From positions 32,001-96,000 of the forward strand of contig CAWGZR010000012.1 in the NCBI GenBank assembly GCA_963827165.1: a stretch of DNA of 64,000 bases, written 5' to 3'. This DNA comes from Candidatus Bathyarchaeota archaeon (GTDB lineage: Archaea; Thermoproteota; Bathyarchaeia; Bathyarchaeales; Bathycorpusculaceae). The notes under the pieces are model-generated. The model saw only the letters and a list, made by a program, of their open reading frames with translations. It did not search any database and had not been told where the DNA came from. A program made the position numbers and the translations under genes. Each line of letters begins with the position of its first letter. Within the stretch, counting starts at the first letter, position 1. Positions 31,167 to 43,833 of the stretch are shown one piece after another.

Positions 31167-34100
31167 TCTTCTCTGAAACTACGGGGTTTACTGGCTCTTG
31201 CTTTTCTGGTTTGCCGTTTGTGCCGTCTTTGCCGACCTCAGAAAAGGAATCCCTGCCCTCCGCTTGCTCAGTTCTTTCCGTTTCATGGGGTGGGTGTTCT
31301 TTTTTAGCGTCGGCAAGGCAGGCAAGAGCGGCAAAACCGTTAGTTACCTTATGTGCTTCCACCAGTTTTGCCGTTTGATAGTATCCTCGATTGACTTTTA
31401 CCAAGCCTTCAGTTTGAAGAATAGCCATGAGAGGGCGGAGCTGGTTTTTCTCTGTCAGCTCAAATTTGGCTTTGATTTGCTCTTGTGTTGTGCCGCCGGA
31501 GAGCAAGATGAACTTTAGGATTTCAATTAACTTTTCAGTCTCTATGGGTTCCTTTGTCAACTGCCCTTGAATTCTCCGCAGCAGCAATTCTACATCTTCA
31601 AGCGTTAGCCGCTCCATGTGTTCGGTTTGCGCTAGGGCGTTTAGACCTGCTCGGCTGTACTCCTCTTCTAAGGTTTCGCAAACGAGCGCAACGTGGTCTT
31701 TTGTTACGATTAGCTGGGTGAAGTCTTCTGTTGACAGCGTGAGGTAAGCCATTGAGACGCTTAGGCGTGCCAGCTTCCATTTCATGTCCGCGGAGATTAT
31801 AGGGATTTTGTCATAGTGGAACTTGTTCATTAACTCTGTTGCTTTTTCAAGTAGGTATGCCTGAGCATCTGGCGTCCATGTGATTTGAGTCTTGGCGATC
31901 CATGCCCATTTGAGCGCTTCAGCCAGCAACTCCAGTTCTGGTTCATGTTTAGCGTCGGTTGCTTTGTTGATTTGCTCAGGCGTTACATCCCGTTGGTCTG
32001 CAAAAACCGCTAAGTCGCGTCTTGCGATTGATGTCTTGTCTTCTACCGTTGCGAGCGCCTGGATCGGGTAGAGAAATTCTTTCAGCGGCTTTGTAGTGTA
32101 TTTGTCGGTTTCTCTGTCGACGGCGTTGAAGATTTTGATTTGGCGTGTACGTGCGTATGCATTGCCTTTTCCTGCTTTGATTATGGTGACTTCTCCGCTG
32201 CGTTCTGCCTCTGCAGTGACGGCCCATTGTGATGCGGAGAGTTTGTGGCAGCCGTCCATTGCTAAGATTTTGCGGTCCATCAGCGGCAAGAAGCCCCATT
32301 CGATGAACCAGCCGCCGCTTTCTCCCTGCACAGCCGCGCCTACTAAGCCAACAATGCTTGCGGTTTCTGCGCTGACATACATTCCAGCCTTCAGCAAGCC
32401 CTGGATTAATTTCTTGACGGTTTCGCTCTTCCCGACTGTTGAGTCTCCTATGACGTCAACTATGCCCCAGCCATGCTGGACTTCGCCGAAGAGACTAACG
32501 TATGTTGGCGTGAACGAGCACAGGAGGACGGCTTTGGCTATGTTGCGTCTACCGACTATGTGGGTGTAGAGTTCGCAGTTGTCCAGTATCCAGTTTAGAC
32601 GTTCTTTTGGTGTTTTGCTTTCAAGTTTTGCCTTTAAGTGACTGAGTTTGTTGAGATCAAATTGTTCTATCTTTTCTGGGAAGCTGATTTCATAGGCTAA
32701 TAATGTTGTTTTTTGTGTGCGGGGGTGAGGTAGTGGTAGGCCTGTGACGGCTATGAGTCTCGCTGGGCTGGAAATCTAAGGGTTTGTCGGTAGCGATGTA
32801 CATGTCCAGATACTTGTATTCGTGGCCTTTGTCGTCTACGAGTTTGGTTCCCTGCTTCACGAGGGTTGAAACGGGTGGTCTGACCCGGACCAAGATAGAC
32901 TGTGCGGTATCTCTTGATGCCGATTGAAAGCACTTTCCCCTTGAACATTCTTTTGAGGCGGTTCAGTTTTGTCTCATCTTGAATGCCCACAAGTGCCAAG
33001 TTTACGGGGTTGTCGATTTTCAGAATTTGGTTTTCTGTTTCGGGTTCTTGGTTGTCCTCTTTTGTTATGGCTTCTATTTCTGAGGGTATCATGTAGCTGG
33101 TGCTTGTGCTGCTTACTACGGCTTCGACTGAGACGGGGCTGCCTGATAATTCGGGGTTCTCGATGTCGTTGATGTGGCTAAGCAGGATCGGCTTTTCGAG
33201 TTGGCAGTCGGGTAAGCAGTAGCCATATTCCTTGATTGATTGGCAAGTTGCTGTTTTCTCTGGGTCTACGCTTTCAACTTGGTCGCTGCAGACATCATAG
33301 TCAAAGTCGCTTTGCGACCTGAAAAGATCAATGACTTCTTGGTCTGAGTAGCCAAGTCTTTTGTATTCTCCTGCTATTGCAAGCCGCATTAGGTGTCCGT
33401 TGCCGTTGATCAGTTGCTGCTTTAGGGCTTCTACGATGCAGGGTCTGGGTTGCTTGAGGTGCCTCAACCTGGCCTGAGTTAGCGCTGGCTTTGCTGATTT
33501 TTCTTTCTTGTATAAGCCAACGTTTTCCAATGCTTCGTAGAACAGGGTTTCAGCGTTATCGACGATTGTTATTACGTTGTCGTTTTCTCAAGGCTGTATC
33601 CTTCGCTTGGCGCTATGACCATTAGTTGGCCGTGGCTTAGCAGTTCCATTCCTGTCTTGCTTGGTTTGGCGCCTTTTGCTGGTGATCTTGAGAAGTAGAT
33701 TAGGTGGTTGCCGCCTGACCTTGTTTTCTCTCGGTAAGTTGTTTGCATTTGTTTAGAGCTTGCAGGGTTTTCTGTTTGATGTCCTCACTTAAGTTTGGGT
33801 CTTTGATGTCTCGGTCAATGCCGGTGAGGTAAACTGTTTTTCCGTCAACCGTCAGCTTTGTTCCGCAGACTAAACCAAACATTGTATATCTTTCAAAGTG
33901 TAATTCGTTAAATTCTTGTTCTGATTGAGGTCGATCTTGCCATTGCTTCCACGTTTCTACCGCTGGCCGCTTCTCATACTCTTTTTTCTTGTCGTTCCAT
34001 GAGAGAATGAAGGGGATGACTGAAACGCCTTTTTGATGCCATATTTCAGCGGCTTGGAGCAACATCGTATTTTCAGACATCATTGTCACCCTTCTCAATA

Positions 34101-34347
34101 GTTTTGGCGAAAATTGGTCGCATGCTTCGCTGCGGGCTATCTGGTTGATTCTTCCCTTGGTACATCGCCCTGCCCAACTTGAGCAATCCCAACAGCGGTT
34201 TATGGTCTCTCCATTGATGGCTTGACTAAGTAAATTAGCGGCAAGTGCTGTGCATTCTTCAATCGTGTCAGCATAGCCTACAAGCAGAGGTCTATCGTCT
34301 TCTTGTATTTCAAAAGTCGATGTTTCGTTATAGCTTTGGACAGCCAT
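31111..34347 (-). CDS. Replicase: Prim-Pol + PriL-CTD-like Cys domain + MCM-like AAA+ helicase + wHTH; one gene with four frameshifts (~33750, ~33585, ~32893, ~32760); alternative start ATG 34083
   Basis: GIDRD, TRSGGNHLIY, VIAPS; PCI..GHLMRL..TCQSIKEYGYCLPDC; GDSTVGKS at 32448-32425, ILAMDG, SIARRD. Confidence 0.75.
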
Positions 34348-34410
34348 ATCGAGGTAACACTCCTATCTGACCAGTCCTTAGTAAACCTGTTGTGAAGGAG
34401 CAAAATCTTC

Positions 34411-34590
34411 TCAAACGTTTGCCTCCAGACCTCTTTCAAAAACTGGATGTATAGTTATTTTGCCATTAACTTCTAGTGCAATTGCAATTATTTTTTTACC
34501 AGCTTCTCGCTCGGCATTGTCTAACCAACTTTTTGGTAAGGTTATGCCTTTGGAGGCACCGACTGTCGTTAATTTTCGTATTATGGGCAT
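34411..34590 (-). CDS. AbrB/MazE/SpoVT-family DNA-binding protein (59 aa, not in ORF track)
   Basis: Hand translation MPIIRKLTTVGASKGITLPKSWLDNAEREAGKKIIAIALEVNGKITIHPVFERGLEANV. Confidence 0.75.
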   Translation of the reverse strand: MPIIRKLTTVGASKGITLPKSWLDNAEREAGKKIIAIALEVNGKITIHPVFERGLEANV

Positions 34591-34673
34591 TTTTTGTCAC
34601 ATCTTTTCTTTTGATATAATATTACAAAATCCTTATAAGCATTGTTTGGCATAGTACGACTGGTAATGTCATA

Positions 34674-35460
34674 TTGTCAAGGACAAAAACTTCAATTAAA
34701 CCCGAAACAAAAATAATGAAGGCGTTTGTCACAAATACAGAACTAAAACAGTATAAGATGCCTAAAGAAACTGGTCTCAGTTATCGAACAGTTCTAAGAA
34801 CCCTTAAACCCTTGGAAAGTCAAGGCTTCATTAAATTAGTCAGGGTTGAGCCTTCGAAAAAAGGGGGAAAAGAAAGCAAGATTTACGCTTTAACATTAAA
34901 AGGGGTCCTAACTTGCCTAAGCTCATTTTCGCCCGTATTCCCCAGCGATTTTGAAGCGAACGGAATAATTTCATTCCTCGATTGAAAAAGTAAACGAAGT
35001 CATTAAAATCAAAATTAAACCATACAACTTGAAAGATATTACCAACTTCTTAAAAATCTCAGGCACTGACTTAGACTTTCCGATTTTTAAGGAAATAGAT
35101 TGGCTTGAGGCACGTTTTGGCATAGATATTTTTCGAGCATTTATAACTGCCGCAAGAGAAGCTACAGCCAAAGATAAATTGCCTAATGTGGACAGTGTGA
35201 GGAAGATTATGATAAATCATGAAGGTAAGAGTCCTGAGGAAGCTGAAGTAACAATAAAAGAATTCTTAAACATGCAAACCGCATTTTTGCGTGATACTTT
35301 TACTGAGGCTTTCGCTTTCCAGCTTTCATACTTACACAGCAAGGGCGATTTTCACAATGAAAATCTGCATCGCATTTTCGCTAAAGTGGCAACTGAAATT
35401 GAGCAAAGAAATCAAAGCTCCATTGCTCCATTAAGGCATCTGGTTGAAACTCTGAAGTAG
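34674..35460 (+). CDS. Winged-helix regulator, probably one gene with a frameshift at ~34975
   Basis: TGLSYRTVLRTLKPLESQGFI, KIYALTLKG; the +1 frame runs from ~34975 into ORF 35029-35460. Confidence 0.65.
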
Positions 35461-35550
35461 GCGCATGTTACTTCATATTTCCTTTCTGATTAACTTGAAA
35501 AAAGATAGTGCACAAGGGTCAGCGAAGCCAGCAGAAAACGGAGCAAGGTT

Positions 35551-36252
35551 CTATCGCTTATTTAATTCCATAATATCACCATTAACTTCGATGAAATAGA
35601 AGAGAACCGAGCTTACCAAATTGCCATAGCGTTTGAGCCATTCTTGAGGGACTCGTTTGTCATTTCCAAATACAAGAAATTGAATTTGCGCCTTTGTTTT
35701 TTCAAGCATCCAAACGTGTTCAGCAATGTTTGAGAATTTTGCAGGCGGCAGTTTCTCCCCTTTTACCATAGTGAGGTATTTTGCGTCACCGACTATAGCA
35801 TAATCGTCAGATACAAGATCAAACATTTTTCCCCAATTCTCTTTCTTTCTATGTCTAAGAGGCGTGGCAAAATAGTCACTCATTACTTTCTGCGCTATTA
35901 ACTCAAAAGCTATTCCTGGTGAAGCCAAGACCGTGCTATTTGGAGTGAATGAATTTTCTTTGTTTTGATAATTTTCAAGTTTATCGAGTTGTGTTGAAGT
36001 ATTTTGTTTAGTAAAAGTGACCGCGGTATCTTCCAAGTTAACTTGGGTTACTCGCCAACCGCAAGCTAACCAGCCGTCTTCAGCTTGCACGTGAGTTTTA
36101 TCGTTTGACCACCAAGCTCTATATGCTCTAGCGGATCCTGGAAGGGGAAAACCGAGTATATCCTCGAGGGCTCGGAATCTAATTTTTACCGATTCTTTTC
36201 CTGATGTAACCAGGTATTGATAAAGAGGCGCGTATTTCTTCATATTCAGCAC
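35551..36252 (-). CDS. DUF7662-like N-terminal domain + PD-(D/E)XK nuclease
   Basis: KYAPLYQYL..ILGFPLPGSA..AWWSN; FELIA..FDLVS..IVGDAKY. Confidence 0.6.
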   Translation of the reverse strand: MLNMKKYAPLYQYLVTSGKESVKIRFRALEDILGFPLPGSARAYRAWWSNDKTHVQAEDGWLACGWRVTQVNLEDTAVTFTKQNTSTQLDKLENYQNKENSFTPNSTVLASPGIAFELIAQKVMSDYFATPLRHRKKENWGKMFDLVSDDYAIVGDAKYLTMVKGEKLPPAKFSNIAEHVWMLEKTKAQIQFLVFGNDKRVPQEWLKRYGNLVSSVLFYFIEVNGDIMELNKR

Positions 36253-36468
36253 TCCCTTTGTCGCAATTATTGGTCGCGTTCGAACTAATAAATAATACCT
36301 TTTTTAAATAATAAAGGTATGACAGTTTTGATTAAATGATTGTGACTGTAAGTGAGAGCTTATTAGCTAAAGAGACCAAATATAGTCTTTTGACTTTAGA
36401 GAGGGTTAGTTACGGCTAAACAGTTAAACTTAGACTTAAAGGCAACAAAAACATCTAACGGAGCCAAT

Positions 36469-37992
36469 TTGGGTTTTGAGGCTAAGTTGTGGATGACTGC
36501 CGACAAGCTGCGTAATAACATGGACGCTGCAGAATACAAACATGTTGTTTTAGGCCTAATTTTTCTCAAGTATATTTCTGATGCCTTTACAGAGGTTTAT
36601 AATGATTTGAAGAATGATAAACTCGCTGATCCTGAGGATGTCGATGAGTATAGGGCTCGGAATGCTTTTTGGGTTCCGGCTAAAGCGCGTTGGGATTTTT
36701 TGCAAAAGAACGCCAAACAGCCAACCATTGGAATAACAATGGATGATGCGATGGATGCTATCGAACGGGAAAACCCCAGCTTGAAGGGTGTTTTGCCCAA
36801 GAACTATGCCCGTGAAAGTCTGGACAAGCAGAGACTTGGAGAGCTAATCGATTTAATCGGCACCATAGGCTTAGGCGATAGGGAAAGCCGGAGCAAAGAC
36901 ATCCTCGGCAGGGTTTACGAGTATTTTCTGGGTCAATTTGCTGATGCTGAAGGCAAGAAAGGCGGCCAATTCTACACTCCCAAAAGCATCGTTCAACTTC
37001 TCGTGGCCATGATTGAACCTTTCAAGGGCAGAGTCTTTGACCCATGCTGTGGCAGCGGCGGCATGTTCATACAAAGCGAAAAATTCGTAGCCGCCCACCA
37101 AGGACGCTTAGACGACATACACATCTTTGGGCAAGAATCCAACCAAACAACCTGGCGCCTCTGCAAAATGAACCTCGCCATAAGAGGCATAGAATCAAAA
37201 GAAGTAAGATGGAACAACGAAGGCAGCTTCCTAAACGACCTCCACAAAGACCTAAAAGCAGACTATCTATTGGCTAATCCGCCGTTTAATGATTCTGACT
37301 GGAAAGGCGAAATGCTAAGAGAAGACAATCGCTGGAAATACGGCACACCCCCCGCAGGAAACGCAAACTTTGCATGGGTACAACACTTCATACACCATTT
37401 AGCACCTCATGGCATAGCGGGTTTTGTGCTTGCAAACGGCTCAATGAGCAGCAACACGTCAAACGAAGGAGAAATACGCAAAAACATGATCGAAGCCGAT
37501 TTAGTGGATTGCATGGTAGCCCTGCCCTCCCAACTATTCTACAACACAATGATACCAGCATGCCTATGGTTTGTTGCAAGAGATAAGCAAAATAATAAAT
37601 TCCGAGACCGCAGAGGCGAAGTGCTGTTTATTGACGTTCGAAAGCTTGGAGTAATGGCTGACAGAAGGCATAGAGAACTAACACCAGAAGACATCAAGAA
37701 GATTTCCGATGTTTACCATGCGTGGAGAGGAGAACGGGTAGATGGACAAGCAGTAGAATACCGAGATATTGCTGGATTCTGCAAAGTCGCAAGACTTGAG
37801 ACCATTAGGAAACAAGGACACATACTAACACCTGGACGTTATGTTGGCACTGAAGCGCAAGAGGAAAATCATGAAGAATTTAACAAGAAAATGAAGCAGT
37901 TTATCGCTGAACTTTCAGAGCAAATAGAAGAAAGCAAGAAGCTTGATGAAGAAATAATGAATAGTTTGGAAAGTATCGGATATGGCGCCTGA
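36469..37992 (+). CDS. hsdM: Type I R-M methyltransferase
   Basis: [19 protein letters not shown]; homologous frame extends up to ACG at 36412. Confidence 0.95.
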   Translation: MGFEAKLWMTADKLRNNMDAAEYKHVVLGLIFLKYISDAFTEVYNDLKNDKLADPEDVDEYRARNAFWVPAKARWDFLQKNAKQPTIGITMDDAMDAIERENPSLKGVLPKNYARESLDKQRLGELIDLIGTIGLGDRESRSKDILGRVYEYFLGQFADAEGKKGGQFYTPKSIVQLLVAMIEPFKGRVFDPCCGSGGMFIQSEKFVAAHQGRLDDIHIFGQESNQTTWRLCKMNLAIRGIESKEVRWNNEGSFLNDLHKDLKADYLLANPPFNDSDWKGEMLREDNRWKYGTPPAGNANFAWVQHFIHHLAPHGIAGFVLANGSMSSNTSNEGEIRKNMIEADLVDCMVALPSQLFYNTMIPACLWFVARDKQNNKFRDRRGEVLFIDVRKLGVMADRRHRELTPEDIKKISDVYHAWRGERVDGQAVEYRDIAGFCKVARLETIRKQGHILTPGRYVGTEAQEENHEEFNKKMKQFIAELSEQIEESKKLDEEIMNSLESIGYGA

Positions 37993-39332
37993 GGACAAAG
38001 TACTTTTCAAACAAACTGAGATAGGAATGATTCCTGAAGATTGGAGAGTAGTTAGCACGAATGAAGTAGTCGCCTCAGAGAAAAATTCTTTAAAAACTGG
38101 GCCATTCGGAACCCAGCTGAAGAAATCCTTTCTTGTTGCAAAAGGCTTTAAAGTGTACGGACAAGAAAATGTTTTTCGAAATGATTTTTCTTTCGGGGAT
38201 AGATTTATACCAAAAGAAAGATTTGAGCTCTTGAAATCCTGTGAGCTGAAGCCCGGCGATATAGTTATATCCAGAATGGGAACCGTCGGCCTATCAGCTA
38301 TTGTACCTGGCAATATTCAGCAAGGAATAATGGATTTCCATCTTTTGAGGCTAAGACCTAATCGCTCAAAATTTGACGCTGAGTTTCTCCTTTACGCTAT
38401 TCGTTCCGAAGTAATCCAGAATCAGATAAACTCGCTTTCTGTCGGGACTATTATGGATGGATTGAGTTCCAAAGTGATTGGAATGCTAATGTTCCCAATG
38501 CCTTCGCTCCCAGAACAAAAAGCCATTTCGAAAATCTTAAGAAACTTTGATTCGAAAATTAAAGTCAACTCAAAAATGAACCAAAATCTGGAGTCCATCG
38601 GGCGGGCCATTTTTAGTCGTTGGTTTGTTAATTTTGAGTTTCCTAACCAAGAAGGTAAGCCCTATAAATCATCAGGCGGAGAAATGGCGGAATCAGAAAT
38701 AGGTTTAATTCCAAAAGACTGGAAAATTCTCCAAAATATTTCTGAGGCTTGCGAGTTGATAAATTATGGTTACACTCAAAGTGCCAGTAATGAGAACGTT
38801 GGTCCTCATTTTCTAAGAGTGATGGACATAAACAAAGCGGATTGGGTTAATTGGGGTACTGTTCCATTTTGTAAGATTTGTGAAAAAGACAAACCGAAAT
38901 ATTTGCTCAAAATGAAAGATATCGTTATAGCCAGAATGGCTGACCCTGGTAAGATTGCGATTTTTGAGTCAGATTTAGAAGCTATTTTTGCGTCGTACTT
39001 AATTAGAATACGTTTGAAAAACCCACATTATGGGTATTATTTTTACCATTCTTATGAAGTCGCCGTATTATCAAAATTTCATAGAAGGGGCTACTACTGG
39101 CTCAGTTCAAAAAAATCTAAATGCTAAATCGTTAACATCAAACTTACCGGTAATTATACCTAACAAGGAAGTAACTATTTTGTTTGACTCTATCATAGAG
39201 AATTTACGAGCTAAAATAAACTGCAACTTGGCAGAATCTACTACTTTAGCCAAGGTTAGAGATAGCTTGTTACCAAAACTCATGTCTGGAAAAATTAGAG
39301 TTCCTATCGATAACAAAGTGGAGTCGTCTTAA
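37982..39332 (+). CDS. hsdS: Type I R-M specificity subunit (frameshift ~39049)
   Basis: Two TRD repeats (EIGMIPEDW / EIGLIPKDW), LPEQKAI, C-terminal [15 protein letters not shown] in the second frame. Confidence 0.9.
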
Positions 39333-42300
39333 TGTCTTCGGTTATTACTGAGTCGCAAGTTGAAGAATCCTGTCTTGACTTATTTAGAAATCTTGGGTAC
39401 AGCGTGATTTCTGGTCCTGATATTTCTGAGGGCGGAATAGCTGAAGAACGTAAGTACTGCGAGGTTGTGCTTGTTGGCAAGGTTAAGGATGCTTTGAGGC
39501 GAATTAACAAATCCATTCCTGAAACCGCTATCGATGAGGCTGTTAAGAAGGTTTTAAGAACTGAGAGTCAGGAACCGGTGGCTAACAATCAGCTTTTCCA
39601 TAAGTTAGTAACCGATGGAGTTGATGTTCAGTACAAGCGAGAAGACGGCAGTATCAAAGATTCCAAAGTTTGGCTTTTTGACTTTAAAGACTTAAGTAAT
39701 AATGAGTTTTTGGCTGTTAACCAGTTTACGATTATCGAGGAGCGCAATAACCGGCGACCTGACATTATCTTATTCGTTAATGGGTTGCCGCTGGTTTTGA
39801 TTGAATTGAAGAATCCGGCAGACGAGGAAGCTACTATTTCTTCTGCCTTTAAGCAGTTTGGAACTTACCAGAAAGAGATTCCGTCAATTTTCCGCTACAA
39901 CGAAGTCTTAGTCATCAGCGATGGAACCTATGCGAAAGCTGGAACCATGACTGCAAAAGAAGAACGCTTTTCACCCTGGAAAACAATCAATGCCCAAAAA
40001 ACACCAAAAACCCAGCCACAAATCGAAGTCCTAACAAAGGGAATGCTTAACAAATCAACGCTCATGGATTTAATCGCGCACTTTGTTGTTTATGAAGCTG
40101 AAAAAGACAAGAAAGAAGGCACCGTCAAACTTTCTAAGAAAATCGCTCAGTACCAACAATACAACGCAGTCCAAAAAGCCCTAACATCAACGGTGAATGC
40201 TACAAAAAAAGATCGAAAAGCTGGCATTGTTTGGCATACGCAGGGTTCAGGAAAAAGCTTAACGATGGTTTTCTATACTGGGAAATTGGTTTTGAACCCT
40301 GCCCTTGAAAACCCAACGGTAATTGTGTTAAATGATAGAAATGACTTAGACGACCAGCTTTATGGAACTTTTAGTAGATGTCATGCTCTTTTGAGGCAGG
40401 AGCCACGGCAGGCAACAAGCAGGGAAGAGCTAAAAGAGCTTTTGCAAGTCTCATCAGGCGGCATAATTTTCACAACTATCCAAAAGTTTTTCCCAGAAGA
40501 CCAAGAAACAAAATATCCCCTACTATCCGAAAGGAAAAACATAATAATTATAGCCGATGAGGCGCACCGAAGCCAATACGGTTTTGGACTTAAGGTGCCA
40601 AAGAACGTTGATTCTGAAGCTCTAAAGTATGGTTATGCTAAATATCTTCGGGATGCTTTGCCCAATGCAACTTTTATTGCTTTTACGGGAACTCCGATTG
40701 AAAAGGCAGATAGAAGCACACCTGCAGTTTTTGGAAAAATAATAGATACTTACGACATTAACCAGGCTGTTGAAGATGGCTCCACGGTTAGAATCTATTA
40801 TGAGAGCCGACTTGCCAAAATCGAGCTTAAACCAGAAGAAAGACCATACATTGACCAGGAGTTTGAGGAAGTTACCGAGGGCGAAGAGTCAGCGGGCAAA
40901 GAATACCTCAAGAGCAAATGGAGCCGACTTGAAAGGCTCGTTGGCAGCCAGGAACGCATCAAACGGGTAGCCAAAGACATTGTGGATCACTGGGAGAAAC
41001 GTGTTAGCGTTCTTGATGGCAAAGGCATGATTGTTTGCATGAGCCGTCGCATCTGCGTGGACCTGCATAATGAAATAATTAAGCTCAAACCTGAATGGTA
41101 TAATCCAGATGATGACAAAGGGTACCTCAAGGTTGTGATGACTGGGTCAGCTGCGGATGGACCAGATTGGCAAGAACACATTCGCAATAAGCAGCGCAGG
41201 CATGACCTTGGGGAACGCATGAAAGACCCCTCCGATCCCTTCAAAATAGCCATAGTCCGTGACATGTGGCTAACCGGCTTTGATGCGCCAAGCCTCCACA
41301 CAATGTATCTTGACAAGCCTATGAAAGAAGCCAACTTAATGCAGGCCATCGCACGGGTTAACCGAGTCTTCAAGGACAAAAAAGGTGGTTTAATCGTTGA
41401 CTACATCGGATTAGCAAACGACCTAAGAAAAGCCCTTGCAGAATACACAGAGGACGACAGAAGACTAACCGGCATTCCGCAAGAAATGGCAATAGCCAAA
41501 ATGCAAGAAAAATACGAAGTTGTAAAGGCACTTCTTCACGGCTTTAACTTTCAAAAATTCTTCGCAGCCCCAGCAAACGAAAGAATGACCATCATGCTAG
41601 AAGCAATGGATCACATATTAAAACAGGAAAACGGCAAAGAACGCTACCTCAAAGAAGTCAACGCCTTGCTCTGGGCTTTCGCTCTCTCGGTTCCAGATGA
41701 TCAGGCTTTGAAAATTAGAGATGATGTGGGCTTTTTCCAAGCTGTGAAAGCAGCCATAATCAAGAACACTGAGACTAAATCAAGCCAAGAGCAAGACGTA
41801 GATACAGCAATAAAGCAGATCATTTCAAAAGCCATCATTAGCGACCGAGTAATCGATGTCTTCGCTGCCGCTGGACTCAAGAAACCAGATGTCTCCATCC
41901 TTTCAGAGGAGTTCTTGGAAAAAGTTAAGGAAATGCCGCAAAAGAATCTCGCCTTTGAAACCCTAAAACGTCTCCTAAATGATGAGATTAGGTTTAGGCA
42001 GAAGAAGAATCTGATTCAGGCCCGCTCGTTTGAGGCGCTGTTGGATAAGGCGATTAAGGCTTATACTAACAAAAGTGTTGAGACAGCTCAGGTTATAGAG
42101 GAGCTAATTGAGCTTGCAAGGAAAATGCGGGAAGAACAAAAAAGAAACACCGAGCTAAATTTGAGCGAAGAAGAAATCGCTTTTTACGATGCTTTAGCCG
42201 ACAACGAAAGTGCAAAACAGGTTCTTGGCGATAAAACGCTGCAGGTTATGGCACGAGAGCTTGTGGATATGGTTAGAAAGAACGTTACGATCGATTGGAC

Positions 42301-42454
42301 GCTGCGAGACAACGTTCAAGCAAAACTGCGAATCATGGTTAAACATATACTCAAAAAATACGGTTACCCACCAGATAAGCAGGAAAAAGCAACCATAACA
42401 GTTCTCGACCAAGCAAAGCTGTTATGCAAAGATTGGGCGGAACCACAAAACTAA
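39332..42454 (+). CDS. hsdR: Type I R-M restriction subunit
   Basis: [44 protein letters not shown]. Confidence 0.96.
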   Translation: MSSVITESQVEESCLDLFRNLGYSVISGPDISEGGIAEERKYCEVVLVGKVKDALRRINKSIPETAIDEAVKKVLRTESQEPVANNQLFHKLVTDGVDVQYKREDGSIKDSKVWLFDFKDLSNNEFLAVNQFTIIEERNNRRPDIILFVNGLPLVLIELKNPADEEATISSAFKQFGTYQKEIPSIFRYNEVLVISDGTYAKAGTMTAKEERFSPWKTINAQKTPKTQPQIEVLTKGMLNKSTLMDLIAHFVVYEAEKDKKEGTVKLSKKIAQYQQYNAVQKALTSTVNATKKDRKAGIVWHTQGSGKSLTMVFYTGKLVLNPALENPTVIVLNDRNDLDDQLYGTFSRCHALLRQEPRQATSREELKELLQVSSGGIIFTTIQKFFPEDQETKYPLLSERKNIIIIADEAHRSQYGFGLKVPKNVDSEALKYGYAKYLRDALPNATFIAFTGTPIEKADRSTPAVFGKIIDTYDINQAVEDGSTVRIYYESRLAKIELKPEERPYIDQEFEEVTEGEESAGKEYLKSKWSRLERLVGSQERIKRVAKDIVDHWEKRVSVLDGKGMIVCMSRRICVDLHNEIIKLKPEWYNPDDDKGYLKVVMTGSAADGPDWQEHIRNKQRRHDLGERMKDPSDPFKIAIVRDMWLTGFDAPSLHTMYLDKPMKEANLMQAIARVNRVFKDKKGGLIVDYIGLANDLRKALAEYTEDDRRLTGIPQEMAIAKMQEKYEVVKALLHGFNFQKFFAAPANERMTIMLEAMDHILKQENGKERYLKEVNALLWAFALSVPDDQALKIRDDVGFFQAVKAAIIKNTETKSSQEQDVDTAIKQIISKAIISDRVIDVFAAAGLKKPDVSILSEEFLEKVKEMPQKNLAFETLKRLLNDEIRFRQKKNLIQARSFEALLDKAIKAYTNKSVETAQVIEELIELARKMREEQKRNTELNLSEEEIAFYDALADNESAKQVLGDKTLQVMARELVDMVRKNVTIDWTLRDNVQAKLRIMVKHILKKYGYPPDKQEKATITVLDQAKLLCKDWAEPQN

Positions 42455-42546
42455 ACAAGTTATAATGGGGATGCAATAAGAATTGAAAGCCTCTAAAACA
42501 ATTGAGACAGCCGACTTTTGACTTGCTGCTTCAAGTGTGAAAAACC

Positions 42547-43221
42547 TTACTTGTCTACCCTGTTTAGAAAATAAATTTCTTTTATTTCTGTCCTATAGAG
42601 TTCTTCTTTATATCCTGTAATTTTTCGCATAACATTATCTTTTACTTGTCTGCATTTTACCGTAGCTGACTTGCTACCACTTATTATGTAGGTACTGGGA
42701 TTATGACTTTGAATTCTTGTAACAATTTTTGCCGCTTCCTTTGCTACATTACTATAGTTTTGTATGTAACTATTTGTTACTTCAATATTTTCAAAGAGAT
42801 GTTTAATCTCTAACGTTATCTGATCAATTGTTAAGCCCTTATCAAGAATGTTTGCAATGTATTTGCCAAAAAGCCCATTCTGAACAAATTGGGCAATATG
42901 CAAACCTTCAGCAGCATATTTTTTGACTATCCTATCTCTTAAGTGGTCACATTGGGGCTTATTTTTTTCAACTCTTCTTAGTGTTAAGCCCATTTGGAAA
43001 AGGATGTGAAGTCTTTCGTCATCAACATAATTTCGAAAAAGACCCCATTCTGATGAATTTCTTTGCTCCTTTGCAACCTCAATTGTTTCAGGATTTTGAA
43101 CAAAAGCAATTTTTCTATCTTTGAACTTGCGAGCTAGTAACTTGACTTTCTCTTCAGTCCACCCAAGTGCTCCCTCGGTTGCTCCTTTGGCAGCGCTTTC
43201 AAGAGGATCTTTAGACGCCAT
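42547..43221 (-). CDS. Hypothetical protein
   Basis: 224-aa AT-rich ORF, start overlaps upstream 81-aa ORF. Confidence 0.65.
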   Translation of the reverse strand: MASKDPLESAAKGATEGALGWTEEKVKLLARKFKDRKIAFVQNPETIEVAKEQRNSSEWGLFRNYVDDERLHILFQMGLTLRRVEKNKPQCDHLRDRIVKKYAAEGLHIAQFVQNGLFGKYIANILDKGLTIDQITLEIKHLFENIEVTNSYIQNYSNVAKEAAKIVTRIQSHNPSTYIISGSKSATVKCRQVKDNVMRKITGYKEELYRTEIKEIYFLNRVDK

Positions 43222-43456
43222 CTCCGTACTCTTCCAAGTATGAGGAGATGCTCAGGGGATTATCATCTAATATTAGCGTACTTCCCGGCAGTATTGCCAT
43301 ACTCTCTATTTTTATCGGTTCACCTATGTACTTGTCGAGAACTTGTTCACCATTCTTATTCAGAACATATGTTCCATCTGAACCAAAACCAAGTTCTTCC
43401 AGTAACAAAATTTTGCAATTTACCGGCATGTCTTTCAGAGACATTATTTCAGTCAA
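43211..43456 (-). CDS. Small acidic hypothetical protein
   Basis: 81 aa, coupled to 42547-43221. Confidence 0.6.
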   Translation of the reverse strand: MTEIMSLKDMPVNCKILLLEELGFGSDGTYVLNKNGEQVLDKYIGEPIKIESMAILPGSTLILDDNPLSISSYLEEYGDGV

Positions 43457-43833
43457 TTTTTATCACTCTCTAGTAATGTATTAATTAATTCTTTTTTAAA
43501 TTATCCTATTATGACTATATAGGTTATGAATTCTGTCTCCAGTATAACCCATTTTAGTATTTGTCGTTATCGCTTTATTAGTATTTAACCGTAGTGGCTT
43601 TTTTTGACATATGGTTTCATAAAAAGTCACAGAGTGTCCCTACCTAACATAACGTTAAGGATTGTATAACCATTAAATCTATCGGAACAATGAGTTTCTG
43701 GGTAATTGCTCGACATGAATACAAATCGGCTTTGTATCTCTTATCTACTCCTGTGAATTTATCTTTGTGTGATTGTCAGAATACTATCACAGTGAATATA
43801 AAATAGTCTAACATCATTGACTATATCTTTATG

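Noticed and set aside
39030-39127. Phase-variable hsdS
   Set aside because: No long simple repeat, inverted repeats or second hsdS; a single-base indel is more likely an error
43485-43830. AT-rich region with recurring TTATC
   Set aside because: Irregular spacing, expected from base composition
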